A DNA stretch of 32,000 nucleotides from Candidatus Saccharimonadota bacterium (GCF_013365495.1 NZ_CP046580.1:480001-512000), one strand, 5' to 3'. Positions 10,566 to 21,102 are shown, counted from the stretch's first letter. Made by a program: numbers and translations. The notes: generated from the letters alone by a model not told the origin.

Positions 10566-11510
10566 ATAGTTGTAAGATGAAAAAGAAAATTTTTACAACA
10601 TATTATATAAACACTTTGATGTAGAAAAATCTGTTATGCTAAATACTTTAGAAAATTAAGATTTAGATTTATTTTAACTAAGGAATTTTTTAAAAATTAG
10701 GTACTTTTAGTTAATTAAGTTAAACTAACATTAAGGATTATGTAAAATTTTAAGTTCATATTAAAAAAATACAAAAGTAGTTTTGTATCAAAAGAAAGAC
10801 ATCCTACTATGAAGATTTCTATAGTGCTTATTTAATGATGAATAACAGATTTTTAATCTAATCCTATCAGTGATAATAAATTAAAAAGAAAAAATTTTCG
10901 CTCTTTAAAAATTTTAAGTGTTAGAAAAATGTTTGTATAATAATGAACACATCAAAGATCATAAGCATATAAATAAAGAGAGCAAGAAGAAAAATTACGT
11001 GAGGTATTACATTAAAAATAATAGTGATAAAGAATGTTATATGATTACAAAGGAAGAAAAGAAATAAAAAAAATAAAACATTTTTTCATTTTAAAAGTCT
11101 TTAAATCATTTATTAGTTTACCATAATATGGTATTTGGGCTAAGATCTAATTAGCATTCTTTAAATAATAAAATTAATAGCTGATTATTAAGATAAGAAT
11201 TAATATTATTAGAAATTAGCAAGAAAATGTAATTTTGATAAAGGTAAATCATCTTCTCCATGTAATTTAAACGTTTTCTTTGCTGCTCATTTTATTAATG
11301 ATGGAAGCAAGTATTTTTATATAAAATTATGATACGAATTCCTAGTAATACTACTAGCCTTTTTACAGCAAAATATGTGCTCATCTTTTCACAAAGAATG
11401 AAAACTAAGTTTATAGAGCTGATTCACATTTTCTATTACTCAAAAGTATAATTAAACTTATTGTTTTAAGTTTGCATTCAAGTTAAACTTGAATAAAGTT
11501 ATCTAAATTT

Positions 11511-12242
11511 GTGATTTCAAGTTTACTATTTAATTTTTTTCTTGTGTTATGGGAAGTATTTTATACTTTAATTACTCTTCCTATACTCTTTTTTCCTATA
11601 CACATAAGAACTGTTTTACTTACTTTCTCAATAAAGGTTGTTTTATACATGCTTCGTTTATTATGTGGCATTGAGTATGAGATTAGGGGAATAGAAAATA
11701 TTCCAAAGCAGCCTTTTATAATAGCTTCTAAGCATCAATCTCCATTTGAAACATTAATTTTTATGCTTTTATTTCGAAATGCAGTTTTTATTTTAAAACG
11801 TGAACTAAAATGGATTCCATTTATCGGTTTACACCTTATGGCGCTTGGAATGATCTTTATTAATCGTTTAGATGGTATTAAGTCTATACGTTATATCATT
11901 AAGTTAGCTAAGATACGTATGAAAGAAAATAGGAGTATAATTATATTTCCTGAAGGTACTAGAACAGTTGCAGTTACAGGTCAAAAAACTGAGTATCAGT
12001 CAGGTGTAGCTGCTTTATACAGTATGTTATCTGTTCCTGTATTACCAGTTGCTTTAAACACCGGTTTATTTTGGCCAAAACATATCTTTTCTATAAAAAA
12101 GATTCCTGGAAAGGCTGTAATAAAAATATTATCTCCAATATATCCTGGATTAAGTAAAGGTATTTTCTTAGAAAGTTTACGAAAAACCATTGAAGAAAAA
12201 AGCAATAAATTGGCTGCAAAAAAAACTGGTATTGCAAATTAG
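11511..12242 (+). CDS. plsC: 1-acyl-sn-glycerol-3-phosphate acyltransferase
   Basis: 243 aa. GTG is the only plausible start after the upstream in-frame stop at 11490. Acyltransferase block I KHQSPFE (HX4D/E) and block III FPEGTR are present, with a hydrophobic N-terminal anchor. Confidence 0.85.
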   Translation: MISSLLFNFFLVLWEVFYTLITLPILFFPIHIRTVLLTFSIKVVLYMLRLLCGIEYEIRGIENIPKQPFIIASKHQSPFETLIFMLLFRNAVFILKRELKWIPFIGLHLMALGMIFINRLDGIKSIRYIIKLAKIRMKENRSIIIFPEGTRTVAVTGQKTEYQSGVAALYSMLSVPVLPVALNTGLFWPKHIFSIKKIPGKAVIKILSPIYPGLSKGIFLESLRKTIEEKSNKLAAKKTGIAN

Positions 12243-12291
12243 TAAAAAAACCTTATGATAAAAAGAAAATACAATGTTTAGGTAATAAAAT

Positions 12292-12561
12292 ATGGCAAAT
12301 CATAAAAGCGCTAAAAAAATGATAAAGGTAATAGCAAAACGTACTTTAATAAATAAAACTCATAAAAGTAAAACCCGCACTGCTATTAGAAAGTTAATTG
12401 ATATAATTAAATCAGGTGATAAAAAAAATGCCATTTTAGCATTTCGAAATGCCGAATCTAATTTACATAGGTGTGTAAGTAAAGGTATTTTTCATAAAAA
12501 TACTGCTGCACGTAAGGTAAGTCGCTTAAATACAAAAGTAAAAGCATTGATGACAGTGTAG
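12292..12561 (+). CDS. rpsT: 30S ribosomal protein S20
   Basis: 89 aa, highly basic, with the canonical N-terminus MANHKSAKKMIKV. Confidence 0.95.
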   Translation: MANHKSAKKMIKVIAKRTLINKTHKSKTRTAIRKLIDIIKSGDKKNAILAFRNAESNLHRCVSKGIFHKNTAARKVSRLNTKVKALMTV

Positions 12562-12647
12562 TGTAACTACTAATCTGAAGAAGTTAAGTTAGTATATTTT
12601 TTAATTTACGTCCTTATACATAAAATTTAAGTAGTCTAAGAAAAGTT

Positions 12648-13898
12648 ATGAATAAAAGAGCTTTATTAGAATTAGGTAACGGACTAAAGGTTGAACTACC
12701 TATATTAAGAGGAACGGTAGGTCCTGATGTATTAAGCATTAAGGATTTATATAAGGCAACAGGATTATTTACTTATGATCCAGGATTTATTTCTACATCT
12801 TCATGTTCTTCTTCAATTACATTTATCGATGGAGATAAAGGAGCTCTTAGGTATAGAGGACATGATATAGCTGATTTAGCAGAAAATAATGATTTTACTG
12901 CCGTGATTTATTTATTACTCTATGGTAAATTACCTAATTTAGAGCAATATAAAGAATTTTTTCTGAAAATAAAAGAGTTATCTAAAGTACCAAAGCAGGT
13001 GATTGAAGTAATTAAAGCATTTCCAAAAACTGCTCATCCTATGTCAATCTTAATTGCATGTTTTGCAAGTTTATCAGGATTATATTATGAAAAATATGGC
13101 ACAAATATTAATAGTAAAGACTTAAGTTTTGGAATCTCCATAATAGCACAAGTTCCTATAATTGTTGCAATGATATATAGGTATATCAATGATCAGGTAT
13201 TTATTAATGCTGACAATGAATCAAGCTATAGTGAAAAATTTTTAATGATGATGTTTGGTAATATTTTCGATAAAAATAAGAATGCTTTATTTGCAAGAGC
13301 TTTAGATAAAATATTTACTCTTCACGCTGATCATGAACAAAATGCTTCTACAACAGCTGTTAGATTAGTAGGATCTGCTGGTTCTAATTTATTAGCTAGC
13401 TTATCTGCAGGAGTTGCTACGCTTTGGGGACCAGCACATGGTGGGGCTAATGAAGCTGTGATAAATATGTTGGAGGAAATAAGACAAAGTGGAGATATAG
13501 ATAAATTTATTAAAAAAGCTAAAGATGATAAAGATCCATTTAGATTAATGGGGTTTGGACATCGCATTTATAAAAATTATGATCCACGTGCACGTATATT
13601 AAAAGATACCTGTGATGAAATTTTAGATAAGCTTGAACAAAATAATGAGCTACTTAAAGTTGCAAAAAAACTTGGGAAAATAGCTTTAAAAGATGAATAT
13701 TTTATTGCTCGTAAGTTATATCCTAACGTTGATTTTTATTCAGGCATAATAATGAATGCTATTAACATTCCTTCAAATATGTTTACTGCTATTTTTGCTC
13801 TTTCAAGAACTACTGGGTGGGTTACTCAATGGTATGAAATGATGAATGACAAAGAAACTAAAGTTTATAGACCAAGACAACTCTATGTTGGTAAATAA
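12648..13898 (+). CDS. gltA: citrate synthase
   Basis: 416 aa. Citrate synthase signature GFGHRIYKNYDPRA and the catalytic-region sequence LHADHEQNASTT. Confidence 0.97.
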   Translation: MNKRALLELGNGLKVELPILRGTVGPDVLSIKDLYKATGLFTYDPGFISTSSCSSSITFIDGDKGALRYRGHDIADLAENNDFTAVIYLLLYGKLPNLEQYKEFFLKIKELSKVPKQVIEVIKAFPKTAHPMSILIACFASLSGLYYEKYGTNINSKDLSFGISIIAQVPIIVAMIYRYINDQVFINADNESSYSEKFLMMMFGNIFDKNKNALFARALDKIFTLHADHEQNASTTAVRLVGSAGSNLLASLSAGVATLWGPAHGGANEAVINMLEEIRQSGDIDKFIKKAKDDKDPFRLMGFGHRIYKNYDPRARILKDTCDEILDKLEQNNELLKVAKKLGKIALKDEYFIARKLYPNVDFYSGIIMNAINIPSNMFTAIFALSRTTGWVTQWYEMMNDKETKVYRPRQLYVGK

Positions 13899-13964
13899 TA
13901 AAATATACCTTAATTTTTACTTACAGTATATTTTGAGCTTAGTCTATTAACTTAGACAAAAGAA

Positions 13965-14579
13965 TCATATCTTATTAATGAATTCCTTAATTTTGGCTGC
14001 AATTTTATCAGATTGACTACTTGCATCTGAGTTCAAATCGGCTACAAAATGTGTAATATATTTACCCCCAGGACCAATAAAATATATTATCGAAGAATGA
14101 TTAATTTCTTCTTCACTAATTTTGCTAGTGTAAACTTTATAACCCGAAATTACCTCATCTATTTTTTCCTTTTTGCCAGTTAACATCTGTATTCTATGAT
14201 CAAATTGTTGATGAAATTCTTTAAGCTTTTCTATATTATCACGTTCAGGATCAATTGTTATAAAAAATGTTTGTAACTTCTCATGAGTTTTTTCATCTAA
14301 TTTTACAAGTGTTTCTGAGATGATTCCAAGATTCATAGGGCAGACTTTTTTACATGAAGAAAACCCAAAAAAAATCATCATATATTTATCTTTAAAATCA
14401 TCACTACGTATAATTTGATTATCTTGATTTATCAAGATAAAATCTTTTCCTATTTTAACTTCTGCATTGTTAATCTCTACTAGGGCAAATATACCTTTTT
14501 TAGTAAAAAAACAATAACTAAAAAAAATAGCTGCTAATACTATTAGTGTAATGAATAATGATCTTACAAACTTTATCAT
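13965..14579 (-). CDS. SCO1/SenC family copper chaperone (cytochrome oxidase assembly)
   Basis: 204 aa. N-terminal TM anchor and a thioredoxin-like fold with CKKVCP (CxxxC) in FGFSSCKKVCP. A downstream His (INHSS) fits the Cu ligand set. Confidence 0.85.
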   Translation of the reverse strand: MIKFVRSLFITLIVLAAIFFSYCFFTKKGIFALVEINNAEVKIGKDFILINQDNQIIRSDDFKDKYMMIFFGFSSCKKVCPMNLGIISETLVKLDEKTHEKLQTFFITIDPERDNIEKLKEFHQQFDHRIQMLTGKKEKIDEVISGYKVYTSKISEEEINHSSIIYFIGPGGKYITHFVADLNSDASSQSDKIAAKIKEFINKI

Positions 14580-14624
14580 TAAAGTATCTTAAATAATAAA
14601 TAAGATTATATCTTGTTAATTGAT

Positions 14625-15323
14625 TTATTCAATATGTTCTTTCCAAAGTGGATTATTGATTTTATCTAACAGTTTTCTGTGTTCATTGACTTCTTCATCA
14701 GTTGGCGAATGTTTCCTATAGGCTAAATCACGTACTTTATTATGAATAACTATAGAATTGTTATCTTGTTGTTTGTACTGATTATCAAATAAGAAAGTTT
14801 GTAATCCTCCTGTAAGTTCAACATAAACTTTTGCAAGTAACTGAGCATCAATTAATGCTCCATGTAATTCTCTATTCTCTAGTGATATATTAAAACGCTT
14901 ACATAATGCACTTAATGATGCAGGTGAACCTGCAAACTTTTTTCTTGCAAGTGATAACGTGTCTAGCACTCGATCTGAAGAAATTAATGCGGCATTTAAT
15001 TTACTAAGTTCCATATTAAGGAATTTAATATCAAACTCAGCATTATGAATTATAAGAATATCGCTAGATATAAAATCAAGAAATTCAAGAGCAATATCTG
15101 AAAATAATGGCTTATCTTCTAAAAATTCTTTACTAATTCCATGAATTTTAAACGAGTGATAAGGTATATCTCTTTTTGGATTAAGATATTGGTGAAATAC
15201 TTTACCTGTTGGTATACGGTTAATCAATTCTATGCATCCTATTTCAATAATTCGGTGACCAAACTCGATATCAAGACCAGTGGTTTCAGTATCAAGTACT
15301 ATTTCGCGCAGCTTACTTTCCAT
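14625..15323 (-). CDS. dnaQ: DNA polymerase III subunit epsilon (3'-5' exonuclease)
   Basis: 232 aa. Exo I VLDTETTGL, Exo II IIHNAEFDIKFL, Exo III HGALIDAQLLAKVY. Confidence 0.93.
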   Translation of the reverse strand: MESKLREIVLDTETTGLDIEFGHRIIEIGCIELINRIPTGKVFHQYLNPKRDIPYHSFKIHGISKEFLEDKPLFSDIALEFLDFISSDILIIHNAEFDIKFLNMELSKLNAALISSDRVLDTLSLARKKFAGSPASLSALCKRFNISLENRELHGALIDAQLLAKVYVELTGGLQTFLFDNQYKQQDNNSIVIHNKVRDLAYRKHSPTDEEVNEHRKLLDKINNPLWKEHIE

Positions 15324-15357
15324 AATTGATCTTAAACGAGATACTAGCCTTACTTAA

Positions 15358-16008
15358 TTATATGTTTTGATTCTTATCATTATTGTCTCTATTATAATTA
15401 ATAGAAATAAGTAGCCAGCTTGGATCTGATGAATTAATATTCTTTTTAAATTGCCATATATCCTCTACCTTATTAATCGTGGATGTACTTCCTGATATAA
15501 TATTTCCCTTATTGTCCTTGACAAAATTAATTTGTTCTGAAAGAAAATATACTGCAATAAACACTACATTTTTTACTAACTTCAGTTCTAAAATTTTTTG
15601 TGAGATAATGGAAACAATTATAGATTCATGTGTTTCTTTACGATGTTTGATTTTTTCTATAAAACTATTATATAAATTTTTATCTAAAAGAGGCTTTAGC
15701 TGAGATAAATTTCCTTGATTAAAATACTTTATTATTAGTTCAAAAGCTATGTTTGCACCTTCCATAAAGTGAGAAATAGAAAAGTTTTTATTTCTTTGTA
15801 ATATTTGTTCATAAATAATTTTTATTGAGTCTTTGTCATTGCTATTAATATAGTTTTCAATATCTTCCGTTGCATCTTCATTATTTTGGCCTGCATCTAG
15901 TGCATTAGTTAGTTTTCTTAAGCTTGGATTTGTCAACTTTCCTAAAGAGTTATACAATCTCGAAAAGATGAATGCTGCTAGTAAAGCATATATTACAAGT
16001 TCTACCAT
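15358..16008 (-). CDS. Tim44-like domain membrane protein
   Basis: 216 aa. N-terminal TM helix (VELVIYALLAAFIFSRLY) plus a C-terminal region resembling the Tim44 C-terminal domain family found in alphaproteobacteria. It is divergent from secB. Confidence 0.7.
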   Translation of the reverse strand: MVELVIYALLAAFIFSRLYNSLGKLTNPSLRKLTNALDAGQNNEDATEDIENYINSNDKDSIKIIYEQILQRNKNFSISHFMEGANIAFELIIKYFNQGNLSQLKPLLDKNLYNSFIEKIKHRKETHESIIVSIISQKILELKLVKNVVFIAVYFLSEQINFVKDNKGNIISGSTSTINKVEDIWQFKKNINSSDPSWLLISINYNRDNNDKNQNI

Positions 16009-16111
16009 ATCAATTAACTCCTCAGCATATAAAATACCCGAACAATCATTGAATTTTTTTAATAAGATTTGCTTAATTTTATATCAACTTGTGATTTAAA
16101 TTTGCTATTCA

Positions 16112-16139
16112 TTTACAAATGACTATATTCACTTACAAG
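16112..16139 (+). promoter_or_regulatory. candidate sigma70-type promoter for secB
   Basis: -35-like TTTACA (16112-16117), 16-nt spacer, -10-like TACAAG (16134-16139). It lies about 60 nt upstream of the secB ATG and inside an 18-bp direct repeat pair. Pattern match only. Confidence 0.25.
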
Positions 16140-16198
16140 TAACTTTAAATTATAGAAAAAAATACTAAATATTTCAACTTAAATGTGGAGACGTAAAA

Positions 16199-16681
16199 AT
16201 GTTATATCGCAAAATGAAAATTCATGGCCAGTATATTAAGGATCTATCATTTGAAAATCCAAATCCACTACTCCTTTCCTCAAAAAAAGTTCCCAATATT
16301 AATGTGATAGTTAATGTCAGTTCAGTAAAGTTGGAAAAAATTGAAAATAAAGAAATAAATGATAAAGAAAGGTCTTTTCATGAAGTTATTTTGCATATAG
16401 AAGTTAAAGCGGTTGTAGAATATGAAAATGTAAAGGATGGTGTTGCTTTTATTTGTGAAACAAAATATTGTGGTATTTTTTCAATAGAAAAGTTTGCAGA
16501 GCTGGATTTAGAAGTAACAAGAAAAGCTTTACTTATCAGTGGGCCTACTTTTCTCTTTCCTTTTGTCAGGGAGATAATCGCAAGAATCACAAGCAGCGCT
16601 GGATTTCCTTCTCTTATATTGGATCCTATAGATTTTGAAGCTATATATGAACAACAGAATCACAACAAAAAAATAAGATGA
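16199..16681 (+). CDS. secB: protein-export chaperone SecB
   Basis: 160 aa. IHGQYIKDLSFENPN and the downstream beta-sheet region are typical SecB. A GGAG lies about 8 nt upstream of ATG 16199, and an alternative ATG is at 16214. Confidence 0.9.
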   Translation: MLYRKMKIHGQYIKDLSFENPNPLLLSSKKVPNINVIVNVSSVKLEKIENKEINDKERSFHEVILHIEVKAVVEYENVKDGVAFICETKYCGIFSIEKFAELDLEVTRKALLISGPTFLFPFVREIIARITSSAGFPSLILDPIDFEAIYEQQNHNKKIR

Positions 16682-16840
16682 GCAATGAAAATTTCTTGAT
16701 ATAATTTTATTTTTATCTTTAAAATGTAGCTAATCTTGTAAGGCAAAGTTATAATATAAAGATTTTGAAGTTTCAGCGGCTGGGATTAGAATTTTTGACA
16801 TTTTAGTCATATATATTTGGCACTTAGATTTACAAAATAA

Positions 16841-16869
16841 TTGACAATGTTAATTTTCTAATTTACAAG
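16841..16869 (+). promoter_or_regulatory. candidate sigma70-type promoter for rpsU
   Basis: Perfect -35 TTGACA (16841-16846), 17-nt spacer, -10-like TACAAG (16864-16869). It lies about 35 nt upstream of the rpsU start. Pattern match only. Confidence 0.3.
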
Positions 16870-16904
16870 TAGATCTTTAAAACATTCTTGAGGGGGGTAT
16901 ATAT

Positions 16905-17105
16905 TTGATTGAGGTATCAGTTCATTATGGTGATGTAAATAGAGCTTTTCCAATATTAAAAAAAACAATTCAAAAAGAAGGAAGAGGAATAAAAATTAAA
17001 AAACAATACCATGAAAAAAAGTCAGAGATAAGAGCTAAAAAAAAAGCTGAAATTAAAAAAAAGAAACGCCAACAAGAGAATAGAAGGCAACGCTATGGTT
17101 GGTAA
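16905..17105 (+). CDS. rpsU: 30S ribosomal protein S21
   Basis: 66 aa. TTG start preceded by GAGGGGGG. The N-terminus IEVSVHYGDVNRAFPILKKTIQKEG matches the S21 pattern, and the C-terminal tail is very basic. Confidence 0.85.
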   Translation: MIEVSVHYGDVNRAFPILKKTIQKEGRGIKIKKQYHEKKSEIRAKKKAEIKKKKRQQENRRQRYGW

Positions 17106-17132
17106 GTAATTTAAAATTTATAATTATTGTTT

Positions 17133-18308
17133 ATGAATGTTCATGAATATCAAGCGAAAGAGATTCTGCGCAAATTTAATGTTCCAGTGTCAAATGGTTT
17201 TGTTGCTACAACTGCAGAAGAAGTAGAAACTTTAGTAAGTCGGCTGAAGTCTAACATGCTTATAATTAAAGCTCAAATCCATGCAGGTGGTAGAGGTAAG
17301 GCCGGAGGTATAAAACTAGCAAATTCAGTTAAAGAAGCTCAACAGCTTGTAAAAAATATGCTTGGTATGACTTTAATCACTTCTCAAACAGGTCCAAGTG
17401 GGCAAAAAGTAAGAAAGGTGTATGTTGAAGAAAGTTCAAGCATTAAGAAAGAGTATTACTTAAGTTTAATAGTTGATCTAAAACTTAGCAGACCAACATT
17501 CATATTTTCTTCAGAAGGTGGGATGGATATTGAGAAAGTTGCAAAAAATTTTCCTATGAAAATAATAAAGCTTGACATTCATCCTATTTCTGGTTTTATA
17601 AGTTTTGATAGCAAAAAATTAAGCAGCAGTTTCAATTTAAATCAAGAACAAATAGAAAAAATAACAGATGTTGCAAGAAATATATATAATGCATTTCTTG
17701 CAACTGATGCAACTCAAATAGAAATTAATCCATTAGCTGAAACAGATTCTGGAGATTTTATTGCACTTGACGCAAAAATTAACTTTGACGACAATGCTTT
17801 ATACCGTCATCCAGAAATTATGCAACTCCGTGATTATGATGAAGAGATAAAGGAAGAAATAGAAGCTTCAAAGCATGGACTAAGTTATATAAAAATGGAT
17901 GGTAATATTGGTTGTATGGTAAATGGTGCAGGTCTTGCTATGGCAACAATGGATATAATAAACTACTATGGGGGAAAGCCTGCTAACTTTTTAGATATAG
18001 GTGGTGGAGCAAGCAAGGAAACCATTACCAAAGCATTTAGAATTATATTGTCTGATAACAATGTGAGAGGAATTTTGGTTAATATATTTGGTGGAATAAT
18101 GCGTTGTGATATCGTTGCGAGTGGAATTGTTGAAGCCGCAAAAGGAATGAGTATTAGAGTTCCTTTAGTAGTTAGACTATCAGGTACTAATTTTAAAGAA
18201 GGAAAAAGAATTTTAGAGGAATCTGAGTTAACTATTATTGCTATAGATGAACTCAATGAAGCTGCGCAGAAAATAGTAAGAAAGGTAAAGCAAATATGTC
18301 CATTCTAG
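17133..18308 (+). CDS. sucC: succinate--CoA ligase (ADP-forming) subunit beta
   Basis: The canonical N-terminus [10 protein letters not shown] starts at ATG 17133, although the ORF opens at TTG 17127. It has an ATP-grasp domain and a C-terminal ligase-CoA domain ([10 protein letters not shown]). It overlaps sucD by 13 nt. Confidence 0.97.
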   Translation: MNVHEYQAKEILRKFNVPVSNGFVATTAEEVETLVSRLKSNMLIIKAQIHAGGRGKAGGIKLANSVKEAQQLVKNMLGMTLITSQTGPSGQKVRKVYVEESSSIKKEYYLSLIVDLKLSRPTFIFSSEGGMDIEKVAKNFPMKIIKLDIHPISGFISFDSKKLSSSFNLNQEQIEKITDVARNIYNAFLATDATQIEINPLAETDSGDFIALDAKINFDDNALYRHPEIMQLRDYDEEIKEEIEASKHGLSYIKMDGNIGCMVNGAGLAMATMDIINYYGGKPANFLDIGGGASKETITKAFRIILSDNNVRGILVNIFGGIMRCDIVASGIVEAAKGMSIRVPLVVRLSGTNFKEGKRILEESELTIIAIDELNEAAQKIVRKVKQICPF

Positions 18309-19168
18309 TGAATAAAAATACAAAGTTAATATGTCAAGGTTTTACTGGTGCACAGGGTACGTTTCATTCAGAGCAAGCGATTAGATATGGAACAAGAATG
18401 GTTGGCGGCGTAACTCCTAACAAAGGTGGAAAAATTCATCTTGGTTTGCCAGTTTTTAATACTGTAGCAGAAGCCAAAGAAAAAACTTATGCAAATGCTA
18501 CAGTAATATATGTACCTGCCAAGTTTGCTGCTGATGCGATACTTGAAGCAATAAATGCAGAGATAGAGTTAATAGTTTGTATTACAGAAGGTATTCCTAT
18601 ACTTGATATGATAAAAGTTAAATATGCTCTTATAGGTTCAAAAAGTCGGTTAATTGGTCCGAACTGTCCAGGGATTATTACACCTAAAGAATGCAAAATA
18701 GGAATTATGCCTGGTCATATTCATAAACGTGGACATATAGGAATTATATCTCGTTCTGGAACTTTAACTTATGAAGCAGTAGCACAAATCACTGCCATTG
18801 GTCTTGGTCAATCAACATGCATAGGAATTGGAGGGGATCCTGTTCATGGTATGACTTTTATTGACTGTATGGAACTCTTTTTGAAAGATGACGAGACTCA
18901 TGGTATTGTTATTATTGGTGAAATAGGTGGAAATGAAGAAGAGGATGTATCATCTTTTATAAAGACAGAGAAAAGTAAAAAGCCAATTTTTGGATTTGTA
19001 GCTGGTCAAACAGCCCCTCCAGGAAGACGTATGGGGCATGCTGGTGCTATTATTTCTTCTAGTAGTGGAAGTGCTGCTGCAAAATTAGAAATTATGAAAA
19101 GCGCTGGAATTATAATTGCGGAAACGCCAGCAGTAATCGGTAAAAAGGTTTTAGAAGTTATGGCATAA
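18296..19168 (+). CDS. sucD: succinate--CoA ligase subunit alpha
   Basis: 290 aa. [27 protein letters not shown] and the phosphohistidine loop MGHAGAII. Confidence 0.97.
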   Translation: MSILVNKNTKLICQGFTGAQGTFHSEQAIRYGTRMVGGVTPNKGGKIHLGLPVFNTVAEAKEKTYANATVIYVPAKFAADAILEAINAEIELIVCITEGIPILDMIKVKYALIGSKSRLIGPNCPGIITPKECKIGIMPGHIHKRGHIGIISRSGTLTYEAVAQITAIGLGQSTCIGIGGDPVHGMTFIDCMELFLKDDETHGIVIIGEIGGNEEEDVSSFIKTEKSKKPIFGFVAGQTAPPGRRMGHAGAIISSSSGSAAAKLEIMKSAGIIIAETPAVIGKKVLEVMA

Positions 19169-19183
19169 GTTAAGGTCTTGTTG

Positions 19184-19981
19184 CTACAAAAATCCCATGT
19201 TACCTGCTATAAATATATTGTTATTTCTCCATTCAACTAACAAGTCACCCCCTGATGAGCTTACTAAAGTTTGCTTAGTAAGCAAATACTTACGAAGTAC
19301 AGATGCGACAAGTGCTGCGCAAGCTGCACTACCGCATGAAGCAGTGATACCTGTGCCTCTTTCCCAAACTCTTAAAACTATTTTTCCAGATCTTTTGATC
19401 TGTACAATACTAACATTAACCCTTTCTGGAAAGAAGACATGATTTTCCAATTTTGGACCTAAGCTTAACAATGGTATTTTACTTACGTCATCAACAAAAA
19501 AAACTATGTGAGGGTTACCAATATTTACTGCAACTGGATCTTTAAGCATCCCAAACTCTATAGGTAAAAAAAGAGTGTTACATCTAATAGATAGAGGAAT
19601 CTCATACCATTTAAATAATGGTTTGCCCATATTAACTTTTATAAAGTTGTCACTAACCTTAAAACATTCTAAAATACGTTTATTTATTAACTCAATAGTA
19701 GCATATTCAGCACTTTTTTCTGACATTACCAAATATCCAACACAACGTGCTGCATTTCCACACATTTCAACTTCGCTACCATCAGCATTATAAATGTGCA
19801 TAAAGCAATCAGCTATATTAGAGCTAGTTATAACTATTACCTGATCACAACTATTTTGATGAGCAATTTCTCTATAGTTCCATTCTAAGTTATTTGTTGA
19901 ACGCGAGTCTATGATAACAAAGTTGTTACCAGTGCTATGCATCTTTACATAGGAAATTTTATCTATTAAGTTATTTACCAT
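19184..19981 (-). CDS. dapF: diaminopimelate epimerase
   Basis: 265 aa. KMHSTGNNFVIID N-terminus and two catalytic Cys motifs, EMCGNAARC and TASCGSAACA. Confidence 0.92.
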   Translation of the reverse strand: MVNNLIDKISYVKMHSTGNNFVIIDSRSTNNLEWNYREIAHQNSCDQVIVITSSNIADCFMHIYNADGSEVEMCGNAARCVGYLVMSEKSAEYATIELINKRILECFKVSDNFIKVNMGKPLFKWYEIPLSIRCNTLFLPIEFGMLKDPVAVNIGNPHIVFFVDDVSKIPLLSLGPKLENHVFFPERVNVSIVQIKRSGKIVLRVWERGTGITASCGSAACAALVASVLRKYLLTKQTLVSSSGGDLLVEWRNNNIFIAGNMGFL

Positions 19982-20355
19982 TGAGTAATAAAAACTATAT
20001 AAATAAAAATTTTTTCAGCATAATTGTTTTGTACACTATAAATTTTTATAGTATAGATGCTTAAGTAAAAATCAACAATAGCAAAATTTTTTTATTAATT
20101 TGGGGTCTATTGAGTAAAGAGTAAATATTTTTATTAATAACAAAACTAGTAACGGCTTATGGAGAGTAGCAATAAGATATGTACAATTCATTAGCTTTGT
20201 TTATTGCTCTTGTATAGAGTTGAAACTAATAATGTAATTACTTTTTCGTAATGTAACTTTGTATCAGAAACTGGTTTCTAAATATATGACGAAAATATTT
20301 AAAAATATTTAAGATAACTTTACAACAAAAATACTAGATAATAATAGAAGGAGAG

Positions 20356-20381
20356 ATTCATCATTTTTATTCATCATTTTT
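20356..20381. repeat. perfect 13-bp tandem duplication (attcatcattttt x2)
   Basis: Read directly from gagATTCATCATTTTTATTCATCATTTTTaatg in the dapF/nitroreductase spacer. Confidence 0.85.
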
Positions 20382-20538
20382 AATGATATGGTTAATACTT
20401 TGCTATTCTATTTTCATGAGGATAAATAATATAGATTATAAATTGAAAAAGAAAAATTTTCAAAGAATTAGTAAAAAATTAAAAAATAGGATTAACTACT
20501 ATATAATGTCATGTTTTTGATATCAAGATAAAGAACAG

Positions 20539-21102
20539 TTAGATAAATTCACCTGGCCACTCATCATAAAAGAATATTTCCTCTATGGGCCTTCTTTTTT
20601 TTTCTTTAACTTCAGCACCTTCTTCTTCGTAACCAACCGCTATCACTGATGTTATATTGAACCCATTAGGTATATTGAATTTCTTGACTATTTGGTTTCT
20701 ATTAAAACCTCCTACCTGATGGGCCATTAAATTTATAGATGCAGCCTGTAGCATAAGCGCATAGTTTGCTGCACCAGTATCATGTTTAGCCCAAAAATTT
20801 TTTCCTTTATTTAGCTCTCGGAAATTTTTAGCGCTTAACGATATAATTAAAATTTGCGCATTTTTAGCCCATTTTTGATTAGACTTATCAAGACAACTCA
20901 GTAATTTTTCCCATGAATTTTGATTGTTTTGCTTGTTACATATTATATATCTCCAAGGTTCATCGCCAAAGCATGAAGGAGAAAGTCGAGCTGCCTCTAT
21001 GAGCAGATTGATTTCTTCTTGGTTTACTAGTTTATTAGGATTATATAAACACCCACTATGTCTTGTTCTCATCAAAGCTAATAAATCTTGTGTGTTTATC
21101 AT
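20539..21102 (-). CDS. nitroreductase family protein
   Basis: 187 aa. The N-terminal RHSGCLYNPNKLVNQEEINLLIEAARLSPSCFGDEPWRY pattern is typical of the NAD(P)H nitroreductase fold. Confidence 0.75.
   Translation of the reverse strand: MINTQDLLALMRTRHSGCLYNPNKLVNQEEINLLIEAARLSPSCFGDEPWRYIICNKQNNQNSWEKLLSCLDKSNQKWAKNAQILIISLSAKNFRELNKGKNFWAKHDTGAANYALMLQAASINLMAHQVGGFNRNQIVKKFNIPNGFNITSVIAVGYEEEGAEVKEKKRRPIEEIFFYDEWPGEFI

Noticed and set aside
13899-13964. Possible bidirectional terminator between the convergent gltA and the SCO gene (gtcta-ttaact-tagac).
   Set aside because: It has only a 5-bp AT-rich stem with no flanking T/A runs, which is too weak to call.
20383-20520. 45-codon ORF (MIWLILCYSIFMRINNIDYKLKKKNFQRISKKLKNRINYYIMSCF) in the dapF/nitroreductase spacer, with AGGAGA upstream.
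   Set aside because: The SD-like sequence is about 30 nt from the ATG, which is too far. Stop-free runs of this length are expected by chance many times in this window, and the product is low-complexity.
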